DNA of 64,000 nucleotides from Eledone cirrhosa (taxonomy: Eukaryota): positions 104,408,001 to 104,472,000 of the forward strand of contig OZ024741.1 of the NCBI GenBank assembly GCA_964016885.1. Reading direction: 5' to 3'. The notes under the pieces are model-generated. The model was not told the origin of the DNA and made no database searches. It saw only the letters and a program-made list of their open reading frames with translations. Positions 1 to 12,393 of this stretch are shown here, piece after piece (position 1 is the first letter of the stretch; each line of letters starts with the position of its first letter). The position numbers and the translations under genes were made by a program.

Positions 1-869
1 ATGAAATATACTTATCCAAGTACCCTGGGCAATGTAGTTTCAGAATATATATGGGGGTCTATCTCCAAAACCATAGGAGTTCGTGAAATCTTGTTCTATT
101 TATTAACTATACACAATCCCCAGCTGTCCCTAGGTTCCACGCGCCGGTCAGTCCCAAAATCATACTGGGTGTAATCCACATAGGCAAGGTACATACATTC
201 AAACCAGTCTATCACCATAATATGAAGACACTATCATCATCACCATCATCATCATCGTTTAACGTCCATCTTCCATGCTTGCATGGGTATCGTATATTAT
301 ATAGCGAATGTATCCCAAGGGGTAGGTGGGACAATCAATCAGACAAATATACATATAGTGAATGGTAAATATGCAAAGAATTATTTAATGGAAAGTATTA
401 TGTATCGGGGATGTAATAAGTAAAAGAATTTAGGTAAAGGATGAGTGACATAATACATCATAGTAATCATGGGAGTGAAAGATAAACGATAAACATAAAA
501 ATATAGGAATACAAAATAACAAATAGGGCGTAACATAAACAAATAAACTGCAAAGCTCAAAAAATAGTAAAGCTTAGAAACAGTGAAGTTTTGAAAACAA
601 AAGTTGAGCTTGAAAGTGTAGTTTGAAAAGAATAGAATACGGATAGTTGACATCAGGTGGGATGTAGTGCACAGCTTGAGCAGTACTGTCCATGCAGATA
701 TCCAGAACCATAACGGTAGAACCCAATCAATATAAGGTAAAGGATGTCAGGAAGAGGAGACGTGTGGACATCTGAAAGAACTCGTAAAGTACTATGGAGC
801 TTTGATTGCTCCAAGTGTGGATAGGTGTTAATTCGGGGCCTGGTCTGGTCCGAGTTATATATATATATA

Positions 870-1055
870 TGGCGGTGGATTGGCAGTATCGGTGGTGGGT
901 CGGACGCCATGCTTTCCAGCATAGTTACGTCCCTTTACGATCTGAGTTCAAATCCCGCCGAGGTTGACTTTGCCTTTCATCCTTACGGGGTCGATAAAAT
1001 AAAGTACCAGTAATGCACTGGGTTATTCCTGGCCTTGTGCCTAAAGTAGAAACAG

Positions 1056-1057
<2 letters not shown>
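870..1057 (+). mobile_element. tRNA-derived SINE (core GCCTTTCATCCTTACGGGGTCGATAAAATAAAGTACCAG)
   Basis: A-box-like TGGCAGTATCGG and B-box GAGTTCAAATCC; flanked by (TA)n. Near-identical copies occur at 13.3-14.9 kb and 43.5 kb. Confidence 0.8.
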
Positions 1058-1132
<75 letters not shown>

Positions 1133-1364
1133 TATTTATATATAAAAAGATAGATAGATATACATATATATGTATCTCCCCCCCCCCTCTCTCTCTCTCT
1201 CGTCATCATCATCAGTTAACGTCTATCTTCCATGCTAGCATGGGTTGGGCAGGTTTGAACTATTTTAGAGGCAAGTTGGGTTGGGTTGGGTGACCATGTC
1301 TCACTTATGTAGGACAGTTTCTGGCTGGTTTTCTACAGCTGGATGCCCTTCATAATGCCAACCT

Positions 1365-1650
1365 ATCAATTAGTTAATCCTGTCACTATTGGAGTAATAT
1401 CTAGTAAGTATCACTTAGTTAGTCCTGTCACTGTTAAAATAATAACTAATGAATATTGATTAGTCAGCCCTGATACTGTTAAAGTAATAACCGAGTATCT
1501 TTAGTTAGTCTTGTCAATGAAGTAATGTCCAGATTGTCTAGTATCTATTGATAAATATCTAGTATCTTGGTTAGTGCTGTCAATGTTGAAGTAACATATA
1601 GTATCCATTAGTTAGTCCTGTCACTGTTGAATAAATATCTAGTTAGTGTC
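1365..1650. repeat. Degenerate ~40-bp tandem minisatellite (TTAGTCCTGTCACTGTTAAAGTAATATCTAG...)
   Basis: About 7 imperfect units; further units near 2700-2760. Confidence 0.7.
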
Positions 1651-1719
1651 TATGTCTATTAGTGTGTGCCAACCTTTACCTATGGTCATGGATTTTGTGT
1701 AATTACTGAAAGAATATGA

Positions 1720-2120
1720 TTGCAAATACAAACGAATAAAATGGCATTCCTCTGAAGTGTCTATGGAGTAATGTTACTCGATAGAATGTGTAGCTTGCAG
1801 ATCAAAGAGTTGCTCCAGGTAAAGCCACTACTTCTCCGAATTGAGAGATTTCAGCCATGATATTATGAACGTGATTAGAAGATCTCAGAAAAGAATCGCT
1901 GGACAGATTTTATGGGCAAAACCAACTGGCAGGAGACCCAGGGGTAGACCCCGATAAAGATGATTGGATAACATCCATGAGCTTGGCTGGTCTGGCTTTG
2001 TCATCCAGCTAGATCAATTTGAGACGGTTGCTTCTGACAGGACCCACTGGAAGACATCCTTGAGGACTTTGCTGCTATGACACTTCCAGGAATAAGTGGG
2101 CGAAGAAAAAGATGTGATAA
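1720..2120 (+). mobile_element. Highly decayed LINE (RTE-like) 3' fragment
   Basis: Remnant GRP..R..D.I C-terminal motif (GGGGTAGACCCCGATAAAGATGATTGGATAACATC), with many stops. Confidence 0.4.
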
Positions 2121-2189
2121 CTGTATAATATACATGGCAATAAGGAAACAAAAAATAAAAGTAAGGAAGAAAGTAAGAAAAAAGGAATT

Positions 2190-2700
2190 AAGCAACAAAA
2201 AAAAGGGGAAGGGGGTGACACTCTACACTCCAGTCTGAGCGATGTTTTAGCTGCGCCCCACGGTCAATATGACAATGATATTGCTGTGGAAAATGGCCAA
2301 CAACACCTGCTGCAACAGTCACCCCCACCTCATAAGGTTCATTCCTCAGGTGGGTTACTGTCTTTCTGATTTTATGCAGGAAATAAGCAATGCAAGGACT
2401 GAGAACACCTGAGCTCTCGATAGCGACAAGTAGGAAAAGGAAGTGGTCGGTCAAGCTCTATTTAGTTGTCTTCCTATCCCCAGCATTGTGGGCAATGGTG
2501 TCTGGCTTTGCAGCTGAGGCAACAAAGTTGGTGGCGGCGAACAAGTCGCAACATATCATGTCCCAGATTATGGGATTTACCTACCTCGAATGGAAAAGGG
2601 TTATTTTGTCAGGCCACTTAACATCACTACTGGCTCTAGTTATGATGGGAAGCCAGCTGTGTCGAGGCTTATTCTGGTTGTCCTGTCGCTGTGGAAGCAA
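2190..2700 (-). mobile_element. Decayed CRE-like non-LTR retrotransposon, restriction-like endonuclease fragment
   Basis: Minus-strand remnants RPD.IT...IIWD and VAIESSGVLSP, homologous to the better-preserved copy at 21.3-22.4 kb. Confidence 0.5.
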
Positions 2701-3515
2701 TGTCTAATATCTATGGGTTAGTCCTGTTACTGTTAAAGTAATATCTAATATCTATGAGTTATTCAAGACTATGAGATGGGAAAGTATTTGATTTCTTCAA
2801 GAATTGTTGATGTTAGGTAAATGAATTTCCATTGGTTTCAGCAATGAGTGCTCCAATTGTTTGATCAATGAAACAACTTGCTCATGAAATCAATATAATT
2901 CTCAGGGAGATTCAGCATAACAGTATGTGACAAGGCTGACTTTTTGAATTCTGGTACAGTATATCTGTTTTCCACACTATTTCTATCTACCTAATTTCAC
3001 TGGTAAGATGCCATACAGTGGACTTGAATACAAAACCTTGTGATAGTGAAATGAACATCTTAACCATTCAGTGATGTTGAGTCTTTACTTTTCTGATATC
3101 TATATTTTACAACAGACTTTGTTTCGGCTAGGACGATATCTTTAATTGGAGTACAAAAGGGTTTGTTAGTCTGTTTAGTTCATTTGTAGTGGTGTAGTAG
3201 GTGTTGTGATGATGAAATTGATGAAGTAGTCGAAAAAGTTGTATGTTATTTGGGTCTATGGCAAGTGAGTGAAGTGACTCAGGAGTTGAGAGAATTGTTG
3301 CTGGGAAGTCTTGCTATGGTTGAGGAAACCAGTAGTTGTCGCTTGCTGTGGGGAAATCATATGGGTATGAATTACAAATGAACAAGACATTGCTAATTTT
3401 TATGTTTTTATTGGTTGCATGATTTACCATATAGACTCATATATAAGCCAAGAAATATGTGACAAAAATATTGATGGTAAAGGTCATTATTTTCCCAATT
3501 TTATGATGTGCTAAA

Positions 3516-3679
3516 CTAGTCATGGGCAAACTGCGGCCCGCGTGCGCGTGCGGACCATTTGGCTTAGTGAATGGCATGCTTGATTTTAAAATTGCCTTGA
3601 AATTTTTAGTATTGTGGACTGCCTTATGATGAACCACTTTCTATGCGGCTCACTGCTTGAAAAAGGCTGCTCATGCCTG
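3516..3679. mobile_element. Short non-autonomous hAT/Charlie-like DNA transposon
   Basis: Left end CATGGGCAAACTGCGGCCCGCG and right end AAAGGCTGCTCATGCCTG form imperfect TIRs typical of hAT-Charlie MITEs. Confidence 0.55.
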
Positions 3680-4748
3680 TGATAAACTATTTTCACTTTC
3701 GAGGTGAATATTCAATCAGTTTTACTTTCTATGTGAAATGGCCTTCAAAACAGAGACGGTAATTAGTCAGAAATCATCACATAATGGAGTCATAAAAGAA
3801 AAACTATAATCTAAATGACACTTAAAACATTTTAAATATCAAAATATTAAGACTTCATAAATATATTCTCCACTCATGAGAATTTCTAAATCGCACCATC
3901 TAAATATAATGTGTTGATTACCTGCCTCTGCTTATACATGGTGTTTCAAATGTTGCCTATTTTTCAGGCATAAAATAGGGGTGAACTTATATTCAAGTAC
4001 ATATAGTATTTCAAAATCATGTGCAGTAATAATGAATAATAGAAAAAAATATACACAATAGTAGTGTTTTGATTGTGTGTGTGAATATGGAATCTCAAAG
4101 GAGTGGATTTACTAACTTGTGTGTTTGATGTTGGTAGCCAGCTTTGCCTACTTGCTCAGCTGACTAGCGAGTGTGTGTGTGTCTACATCTTGAACTTTGC
4201 AAGGTTGGTAAAAACAGCTGTCTGCAATTGATTGTGCTCTCTGGGGTCAAAATCTCTTGTATTTATAAGGATTGTAAACATTGATAATTTTCTTTTGAGG
4301 ATGTTAGCTCAAACAAAAGAATTAGTATCTCAATCTAGCTGAGGTTAAAGGTCAGTATGTGTTGATAATGCGAACACTTGAGAACATGGAGAGAATCTCA
4401 AGCTTTCGACACATATCTGCTTGAGAGGCATGAAAAAACATCAACTTATCAATATATTCTACAGATTTTGTAAGAATTTCTTGGCATGACCAGCGTCCAT
4501 CTGAGTAACCTCTGGGATACCACCACTGTGAGATGGTAAATGATGCTTGCTCATATGTTGCACATGCCCACAAAGGGGCCAATGAAAGATGGAACCATAG
4601 GAGGGAGGCTGAGCAGATCTGTCAAGGCCTGGTTAGGTACTGTAAAGGAACAAGGAACATGAAGTAGTTAGCTCCTCATGGGAGGAATAGGAGCTAACTA
4701 ATTCGGATTGGTAAAATTAATATGATGTCTGGTTTTCTTCTATTTCAG

Positions 4749-4929
4749 TTCTTACAAAAATAAAACTGGGAAAATGCGGTCATTTCCAGAAGCTATGCGT
4801 CCACTAGTTTCCACATTGATTCTCTTTTCGTTGCTTCTTCTGTGGGCTGGTTACTCTAACTACGACATTATGGAGAAAAATCCAAGGCTGTTTATGTGGA
4901 CCACTGGTACAGCGTTTTCTAATATAGCT
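4749..4929 (+). CDS. SELENOI: EPT1/SELENOI-like CDP-alcohol phosphotransferase, internal coding exon
   Basis: tttcAG acceptor at 4747-4748 and GTAAGT donor at 4930. It translates as SYKNKTGKMRSFPEAMRPLVSTLILFSLLLLWAGYSNYDIMEKNPRLFMWTTGTAFSNIA, matching my recollection of human SELENOI (SYKNNTLK...EAMVPL...HPRVFYFMVGTAFANST). Confidence 0.9.
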
Positions 4930-5452
4930 GTAAGTATCAGGGAAATACCCTCTCGTTTTATTTCTATTAAGGACACTGTCTATGGTTTCCAATTAATTTT
5001 GAAAACAAGAATTTGGAGAGATTTAGTAATGTAACTTCTCATTATGAACCTGGAGTTCGAAATATAAATTAAGGTCTATTCATAAAATTAGGAGAGAAGG
5101 ATTTTAGAGAAATATAAACACTTCAAAACAGTTTCAAGTGGGATTGATATCAAAAGAATTTACTCTTGTTGTCTACAGTAACTGTCAACCAAGATAAAAC
5201 CTTTAATAGGATGAGTTCACTTGGATTGATGTTGCTATTGATTTTTCCTAGCATACCAACTCTTCCTGAATCTGTTGTTCAGACCCAGGTCAGCTTTTAT
5301 CCTGCAGACTTATCAGGTCAGCCATTACATTGTGTGTAAAATTTGGTAATGGAAACTGTGGAAGCTTGTTGCATGTGTGTGTGTATATGTATGTGTGTGT
5401 GTATGTATATATATGTATGTATATATATATATATGTGTGTGTGTATGTATGT

Positions 5453-5720
5453 ATCATCATCATCACTGTTTTACGTCCGTTCTTCCACGCTAGCATGGGT
5501 TAGACGGTTGTCCTGTTGTGGGCAGTGTCTGGTCGGCTGACCATGCCTTGCTCATACAGGAACTGATTTGGCTTGATTTCTACAGCTGGATGCCCTTCCT
5601 AACACCAACCTCATTTACAGTGAGTGCTGGGTGCTTTTTCGTGGCGCCTACACGTCCACTTTACAGTGTGGGCTGGGTGCTTTTTTGCCTTGGCACCTCC
5701 ACGACCAACTTGCAGTGGGA
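5453..5720 (-). mobile_element. RTE LINE 3' UTR fragment with (GAT)n tail
   Basis: Reverse complement of the 3' UTR of the RTE copies (...GCATCCAGCTGTAGAAA...ACCCATGCTAGCGTGGAAGAACGGACG-GATGATGAT). Confidence 0.75.
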
Positions 5721-5821
5721 GGGTGTGGGGGCATATTGTATATATATATGTGTATGTATGTATGTATGTATATATATATATGTACATGTGTATGTAGTAG
5801 ACATTAAACGATAATGATGGC

Positions 5822-6965
5822 AGAAACTCCATTTTATGTCCCAAATGCAAAGTATGGGTGCATAAAAGATGTAGTGGGATCACAGGTAAGCTAACTAAGA
5901 ACATAAATTTTATATGTGGCCGGTGCTCTGGTGCAATAAGTAGCAGCAAGTGCCCACAGAATACTAGCTCTTTCAATTGCACAGATGGTTCTATGGAAAT
6001 AGTGGACAGCCACCGTTACCTGGGTGACAAAATCAGCAGTTGGGGATGGTGCTCTGAAAGTACAGTAGCTAGATTCAGAACGGGATGGAAAAAGTTCAGA
6101 GAGCTAATACCACTATTGGCCGCTAAAGGGTTCTCTCTAAAAATGAAAGACAGGCTGTATGATGCCTGCATACGAACAGCAATGTTACATGGCAGTGAGA
6201 CCTGGGCATTGTGTGCAGAGGATATACGCAGACTGGAGAGAAACGAAGCTTGCATGCTTTAATGGATGTGTAATAGTAATATACGTGAACAGCAAAGCAT
6301 AAACGAACTAAGGGAGAAATTAGGAATAAGAGGGATCAGATGTTGTTTACTCGAGAGAAGACTACGTTGGTATGGTCACGTGATGTGCATGAAAGACGAC
6401 AGCTGTATAAAAAAGTGCAGGGCGATAAAAATAGACGGTAGCCACGGAGTAGGCAGACCCAGAAAAACCTGGGACGAATTGATAAATTCCGACCTCACAC
6501 ACTTACACCTCTCCAAGACAATGTCACTGGTCCGAGATCTTTGGCGCTAAGCAGTAATACAGAAGACCCGTCTTGTCTCAGTACAAAGCGAAACCTACAG
6601 TCAGTAGGCACCTCTTAACCAAAATACACCCCCGTCCCACTACCCCTACCCCCATCCCCATCTACACCACCTCTTTCGATGTAAAGTTATGTTGGTACCA
6701 CAACATTCAGTCCTAAATAAATGAGGTCGTGTAGGTGTCACGACAAGAAAAAACACAGTCCACGCTGTAATGTGGCCGTGTAGGTAACACGGTAAAAACC
6801 TCCCAGTCCACACTGTAAACGTGGTTGGTGTTAGGAAGGGCATCCAGCCGTAGAAAACCCGCCAGACAGTCCTACTACGAGCAAGACAACTAATCTTGCC
6901 TCAAGTGGGACAATTCTTGTCCAAACCCATGCTAGCGTGGAAGATGGACGTTAAACGATGATGAT
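5822..6965 (+). mobile_element. 5'-truncated RTE-clade LINE (RT C-terminus plus 3' UTR), intronic
   Basis: ORFs 5858-6262 and 6266-6550 contain RYLG, MLHGSETW, RRLRWYGHV and GRPRKTW; GATGATGAT tail runs into (TA)n. Confidence 0.9.
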
Positions 6966-6980
6966 ATATATATATATATA

Positions 6981-7196
6981 TAACGAAGGAAATGTGGTAA
7001 GGAACCAGATGGACCATAACGCACCAAAGTACTCAATACTTAGGGTAGTAGAGTGGGTGATAGGAACGAGTAGGACTCCGACGGCTGAGCTTAAGCCATT
7101 TCGACGGCTAATTCTGGACTAAAATTCTGGACCCTTTAGTCCAGAATTAGCCGTCGAAACGGCTTGAGCTCAGCCGTCAGGGTCCTACTCGTTCCT
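6981..7196. mobile_element. Solo fold-back PLE pseudo-LTR fragment (hairpin arms ~7062-7123 and ~7135-7196)
   Basis: Same sequence as the terminus of the PLE at 44.4-47.8 kb; flanked by (TA)n. Confidence 0.8.
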
Positions 7197-7544
7197 GTAT
7201 ATATATATATACAGATACATTGTAGGTTGCTTTAACCCGTCTTTTATTATTCAAAAAACGTCTTGCCAATAAACATTGACTCTTTGTGCGCTATTCATCT
7301 AACTGGAGAAATCATCCAGCTGTAGAAATTCATCCAGCTGTAGAAATCAAGCCAAAACCAGTTCCTGTATGAGCAAGACAAAGTTAGCCAACTGGACACT
7401 GGACCAAGAATGTGGATCGCAAGACAATATGTCAAGGAAAACCGTGATGTTGTCGGGGAGAAGTGTGCCCATAATGATGATGGTGTACTTGCCCACACTG
7501 ATATTGATAAAAGGTAGCTTGGAAGTGTCACTACAAGAGACTAA

Positions 7545-9151
7545 TAAATGAGAAGAAATGGGAAAAAGATAGTCTGCACCAAATCGATCCAATAGAAGGA
7601 CCAGTGGTGCAAGTTAATGGTAGTATAATAAGTAAGGCAATCAAAGATATGAAAACAGGCAAGGCAGCTGGACCTTCGGAGATAGTTGCTGAGATGTTAA
7701 AAGCATCTGTAATGGTAGGACATACTATGGTCACCCGGATAGTAAACCAAGTAATACAGAATGGGGTAATACCAAATGACTGGCGTAGCTGCATCATCAT
7801 TAACTGTTACAAGGGTAAAAGGAGATGCTCTAGATAGAGGAAACTATAGAGGCAGTAAGTTAGTTGACCAGGTCATGAAAGTCACGGAAAGTGTTATAGC
7901 ACAACTAATCAGAGATTGAATTGATCTAGATGCAATGCAGTTTGGGTTTGTGCCAGGTAAAAGTAGCTCGGATGCTCTTTTCCGCGTAAGGCAACTACAG
8001 GAGAAGTACCTAGCTAAAAGTATACCCCTCTACTTAGCATTTGCTAAGTAGGTAGAAATTCCAATCTATGTCCCAAATGCAAGCTATGGGTACATAAAAG
8101 ATGTAGTGGCATCACAGGCAAGCTATCAAAGAATATAGGTTTTATATGTTGCTGATGCTCAGGTGCAGTAAGTAGCAAGTGCTTACTGGATACTATCTCC
8201 TTCAACTGCCCAGGTGGTTCTATAGAAATAGACACTTTCCGTTACCTGGTTGACAAAATCAGCAGTGGAGGAGGGTGTTCTGAAAGTACAGTAGCCAGAG
8301 TAAGAACGGGATGGAAAAAGTTCAGAGAGCTAATACCACTGTTGGCCAAAAAAGGTTTCTCTCTAAAAATGAAAGGGAGATTGTATGATGCTTGTATCTC
8401 AACAGCAATGTTACATGGTAGTGAGACCTGGATATTGTGTGAAGATTGGAAAGAAACGAAGCATACATGCTCCAATGGATGTGTAATAGTAATATACACA
8501 AACGAACTAAGTGATAAATTAAGCATAAGGAGGATCAGATGCAGTTTACTAGAGAAGAGATTGTGTTGGTATAGTCATGTAATGCGTATGAAAGACGACA
8601 GCTATATAAAGTGCAGGGCAATAAAAATTGATGGAAGCTACGGAGTAGGTAGACCCAGAAAGACCTCGGACAAGGTGATAAAAGCTGACCTTACACACTT
8701 GAACCTCTCCAAGACAATGACACAAGATTGAGATCTTTGGCACTATGCAGTAATACAGAAAATCTGCCTTCCCTTGTACATGGACTTAAACTAACACTCA
8801 GTAGGCACCTCTTTGTCCAATATACACTCTACACCCCCACCCCACCCACCCTTACTCTCTAAAGTTATGTTGGTACCACAGAACATCCAGTCCACACTGT
8901 AAAGTGGTTGTGTAGATGTCACAACAAAAAGATCCAGGCTACACTGTAAAGTGGTCGTGTAGGAGACATGGTAAAAAGGCTCCCAGTCCACATTGTAAAT
9001 GTGGTTGGTGTGAGGAAGAGTATCCAGCCGTAGAAAACCAGCCAAAAACTCCTATATGAGCGAGACACGGTTACCTGACTAAACTTGCCTCAAATGGGAC
9101 AAACCCATCTAACCCATGCTAGCGTGGAAGATAGACATTAAACGATGATGA

Positions 9152-9155
<4 letters not shown>
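7545..9155 (+). mobile_element. Decayed, internally deleted RTE LINE
   Basis: KAIKDMKTGKAAGPSEIVAEMLK, then a jump to the PHD/RT C-terminus; frameshifts; (GAT)n tail. Confidence 0.85.
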
Positions 9156-9193
<38 letters not shown>

Positions 9194-9197
<4 letters not shown>

Positions 9198-10760
9198 TCA
9201 TCATCACCGTTTTACGTTCGTTCTTCCACGCTGGCATGGGTTGGACGGGTTGTCCTGTTGTGGGCAGTGTCCGGTCGGCTGACCTTGTCTTGCTCATACG
9301 GGAACTGATTCTGGCTTGATTTCTACAGCTGGATGCTCTTCCTAACACCAACCTCATTTACAGTGAGTGCTGGGTGCTTTTTTTCCGTGGCGCCTACACG
9401 TCCACTTTACAGTGTGCGCTGAGGGCATATTGTCTATATGCTTCAGCTTCGGCTTGTACCCATGGGGAGTCAGGTTTTCTGTATTTTTGCGTGGCGCCAG
9501 AGGTCACTGTCATGTGTCATCGCGTTTGAGAGGTGCAATTGGGTAAGGTCGGCTTTTATCACTTCATCCCAGGTCTTCTTGGGTCTCCCCACTCCGTGGC
9601 TTCCATCGACTTCTAGTGCTCTGCAGCTTTTTATGCAGCTGTCATCCTTCATACGCATCACATGTCCATACCAACGCAACCGCCTCTCCTGCACACAGCA
9701 TTTGATTCCTCTTATGCTCAGTCTCTCTCTCAATTCATTTATGCTTTGCCGTTTGCGCATATTACTATTACACATCCATCGGAGCATGCAGGCTTCATTT
9801 CTTTCTAATCTACGCAAGTCTTCTACAGACAGCGCCCAGGTCTCACTACCATGTAACATTGCTGTTCATATACACGCATCAACAGTCTGCCTTTCATTTT
9901 GAGGGAAAAGCCTTTTGCAGCTAGCAGTGGCAGTAGCTCCCTGAACTTCTTCCATCCCATTCTTACCCTAGTTATTGTACTTTCCGAACACCCACCTCCG
10001 CTGCTAATTCGGTCACCTAGGTAGCAGAAGCTGTCTACAGAGCCCTCCCAGAATTTGGTGGTGCTTGTTTTCTGTGGCCGTTTGCTGCTTGCTGTCCCAG
10101 CGCAGCTGCTACATGTGAAGTCTACATTCTTAGTTAAGCTTCCTGCGATCCCACTACATCTCTTGTGTACCCATTGTTTGCATTTGGGGCAGACAATGAA
10201 GTTCCTACATACTGAGCAAGGCAATTTCCCTGAGGGGATCATGGTTCTGTTTTCTTGTCTACTTACAAGGACCTTAGTCTTTGTCAGGTTGACTTTGAGA
10301 CCCTTTCTTTCTAGTCCCTGCTTCCATGTTTGGAATTTCTTCTCTAGTTCTACCATAGATTCAGCTATAAGTGCGAGATCATCCGCATACAGGAGTTCCC
10401 ATGGGCATCCGGTCTTAAACTCCTTCGTTATTGCCTGCAAAACTATGATGAACAGGAGTGGGCTAAGAACAGAGCCCTCGTGGACACCAACCTGTATGCT
10501 AAATTCCTCGCTATATTCATTGCTAATCCTAACTTTGCTGACTGCTCCCCCTATACATGGCTTGTTTCACAAACCATTCATCTACTCCTAGTTTTCTAAA
10601 AGCCCACCAGATTATAGCACAGGGGACTCTGTCAAAAGCTTTCTCCAGATCGACGAATGCCAGGTAGAGCGGCTTAGTTTTAGCTAGGTACTTTTCCTGT
10701 AACTGCCTCACAAGGAAGAGGGCATCAGTGGTGCCTTTTCCTGGCACAAACCCAAATTTA
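9194..10760 (-). mobile_element. Decayed RTE LINE (RT with YADD, 3' UTR)
   Basis: Minus ORFs 10529-10747 (AFVDLEKAFDRV), 9823-10440 (LLYADDL) and 9470-9859; the tail reads (CAT)n on + at 9194. Confidence 0.9.
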
Positions 10761-10903
10761 TATATATATTATATATATTATATATATATATATATATATA
10801 GCATTTGTAATAATGAATTAGATTTGTTACTAAAAGTTAAGCTGTACACATTAATTCTTCAGTTTGATGAAATTGTCTCATTGATATAATCTTTTATTTT
10901 CAG

Positions 10904-11086
10904 TGTCGTTTAATTGTTGCACAGATGAGTAACACTCGTTGTGAACTGTTAAACATATTCTTACTACCATTAAGTATTATTGTGTTACTCGTCCTTCTCC
11001 TCCAGCCGGGACGTCTCGAAGTTGTTCTTCTTTGGTTGTATTGTTTGTTGATTACCATCTCACATGTCTATTATGGTGTAACAGTG
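10904..11086 (+). CDS. SELENOI: EPT1/SELENOI-like, penultimate coding exon
   Basis: ttttcAG acceptor and GTAAGT donor at 11087; phase 0 joins the previous exon. It reads CRLIVAQMSNTRCELLN...HVYYGVTV versus human CQLIVCQMSSTRCPTLN...HIHYGVRV. Confidence 0.92.
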
Positions 11087-11329
11087 GTAAGTGGAACATT
11101 TATTTTTGTATTGATTACAGTCATTAGACTTTAGACTTATTGGGGCACTATCTTAGAGTAATTTAATTTATCATATCAATGTATTTTGCAGGAAACTCGA
11201 AACATGGTTTTTTAAACTTTTGATGACTAAAGATTAACTGTTTGTAAACATTTGATTATTAAAGAGTAAAATAATCATCAGAGAAGCCATTCTTATAATT
11301 TTTCAAATGTATATACTTATATATACATT

Positions 11330-11660
11330 GAAGGCATTTGGTTACAGCATTTGATTTACAATAGTTAGGTTGTGAGTTTGAATCTTAGTCTAGGTGATAA
11401 GTTGTGCCCTTGAGCAAGACACTTTATTTCACATTGCTCCAGTACACTCAGCTGTAGAAATGAGTCATGACGTCACTGGTGCCAAGCTGTATTGGTCATT
11501 GCCTGTCTCTTGGACAGGACAACATCGATGGCATGGAGAGGGAAGACTGGTATGCATAGCCAACTGCTGGTCTTCCATAAACAACCTTGCCCGGACTTGT
11601 GCCTCAAGGGGATCTTTCTAGGTGCCAATCCTGTGGCCATTCATGACCAAATGGGTCTTT
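11330..11660 (+). mobile_element. tRNA-derived SINE, second family (TGTGCCCTTGAGCAAGACACTT core)
   Basis: B-box-like GAGTTTGAATC followed by a CORE/V-like central motif; a related copy lies near 15340-15600. Confidence 0.55.
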
Positions 11661-12041
11661 ACCCATTATTCTTTCTTCATCATGGGTTGAACATGTGACA
11701 TTTGATGCCTGATGTTTTCATGATCTTGATAACATAAAAGAACCTTCTCTACCCTAGGGTGTTTCCATTTGCTTGCCAGCTACTTTAGACTACTGGGTTC
11801 ATTCTATTATGGCACCAACACTTGAGAGATTATTGTCTCATCTTCTCAGTTATTGCATGGCAGGCATGACTATAGTTGTCTGACCCATCAAGTTTTGGAC
11901 CATAAATATCTGTCCAACCCATGCCAGTATGGAAAGCAGTCATGAAATGAGGATGATTGTGGTGGTGGATGCTGGTGTTGTAAATATAATTTACCTGCAG
12001 TTTATCAGTCTCCAAAGTTATGTTTACCTTATTTGTTACAG

Positions 12042-12107
12042 GTGCGCCAAATGTGTCAACATTTCAAGATCCATGCATTTTCTCTGAAGAAGCTGTCTGT
12101 ACAGTAA
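12042..12107 (+). CDS. SELENOI: EPT1/SELENOI-like, last coding exon (VRQMCQHFKIHAFSLKKLSVQ*)
   Basis: ttacAG acceptor at 12040-12041, in phase. Aligns without gaps to human [22 protein letters not shown]; ends in TAA at 12105-12107. Confidence 0.88.
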   Translation: MRQMCQHFKIHAFSLKKLSVQ

Positions 12108-12393
12108 TGTTTCTCACCCAAACAGTCTCTTCTATGTTCCAACCTCACTTGCCATTGTCTTGACAGACTGTCACACTATTTATTTCCAACTGCCACTACC
12201 CTCACCCAAGTGGCCCTGTTTCTTCTCTCTCTTTCTCTTTCTCTCTAGATCACATCAGACATTAATGCAACCCACTTTCACCTCCTGGGCTTTCTTTTTG
12301 TTTTTATTTTTAAAGCAATGTGACCTAAATTCTTCTTCTGTATACAACATTTTGTGTGTGTATAAATAATTATATATATATATATATATATAT

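Noticed and set aside
1-4748. Upstream EPT1 exons
   Set aside because: I could not identify a segment with matching peptide and splice sites; these exons are probably outside the window or too short to recognise.
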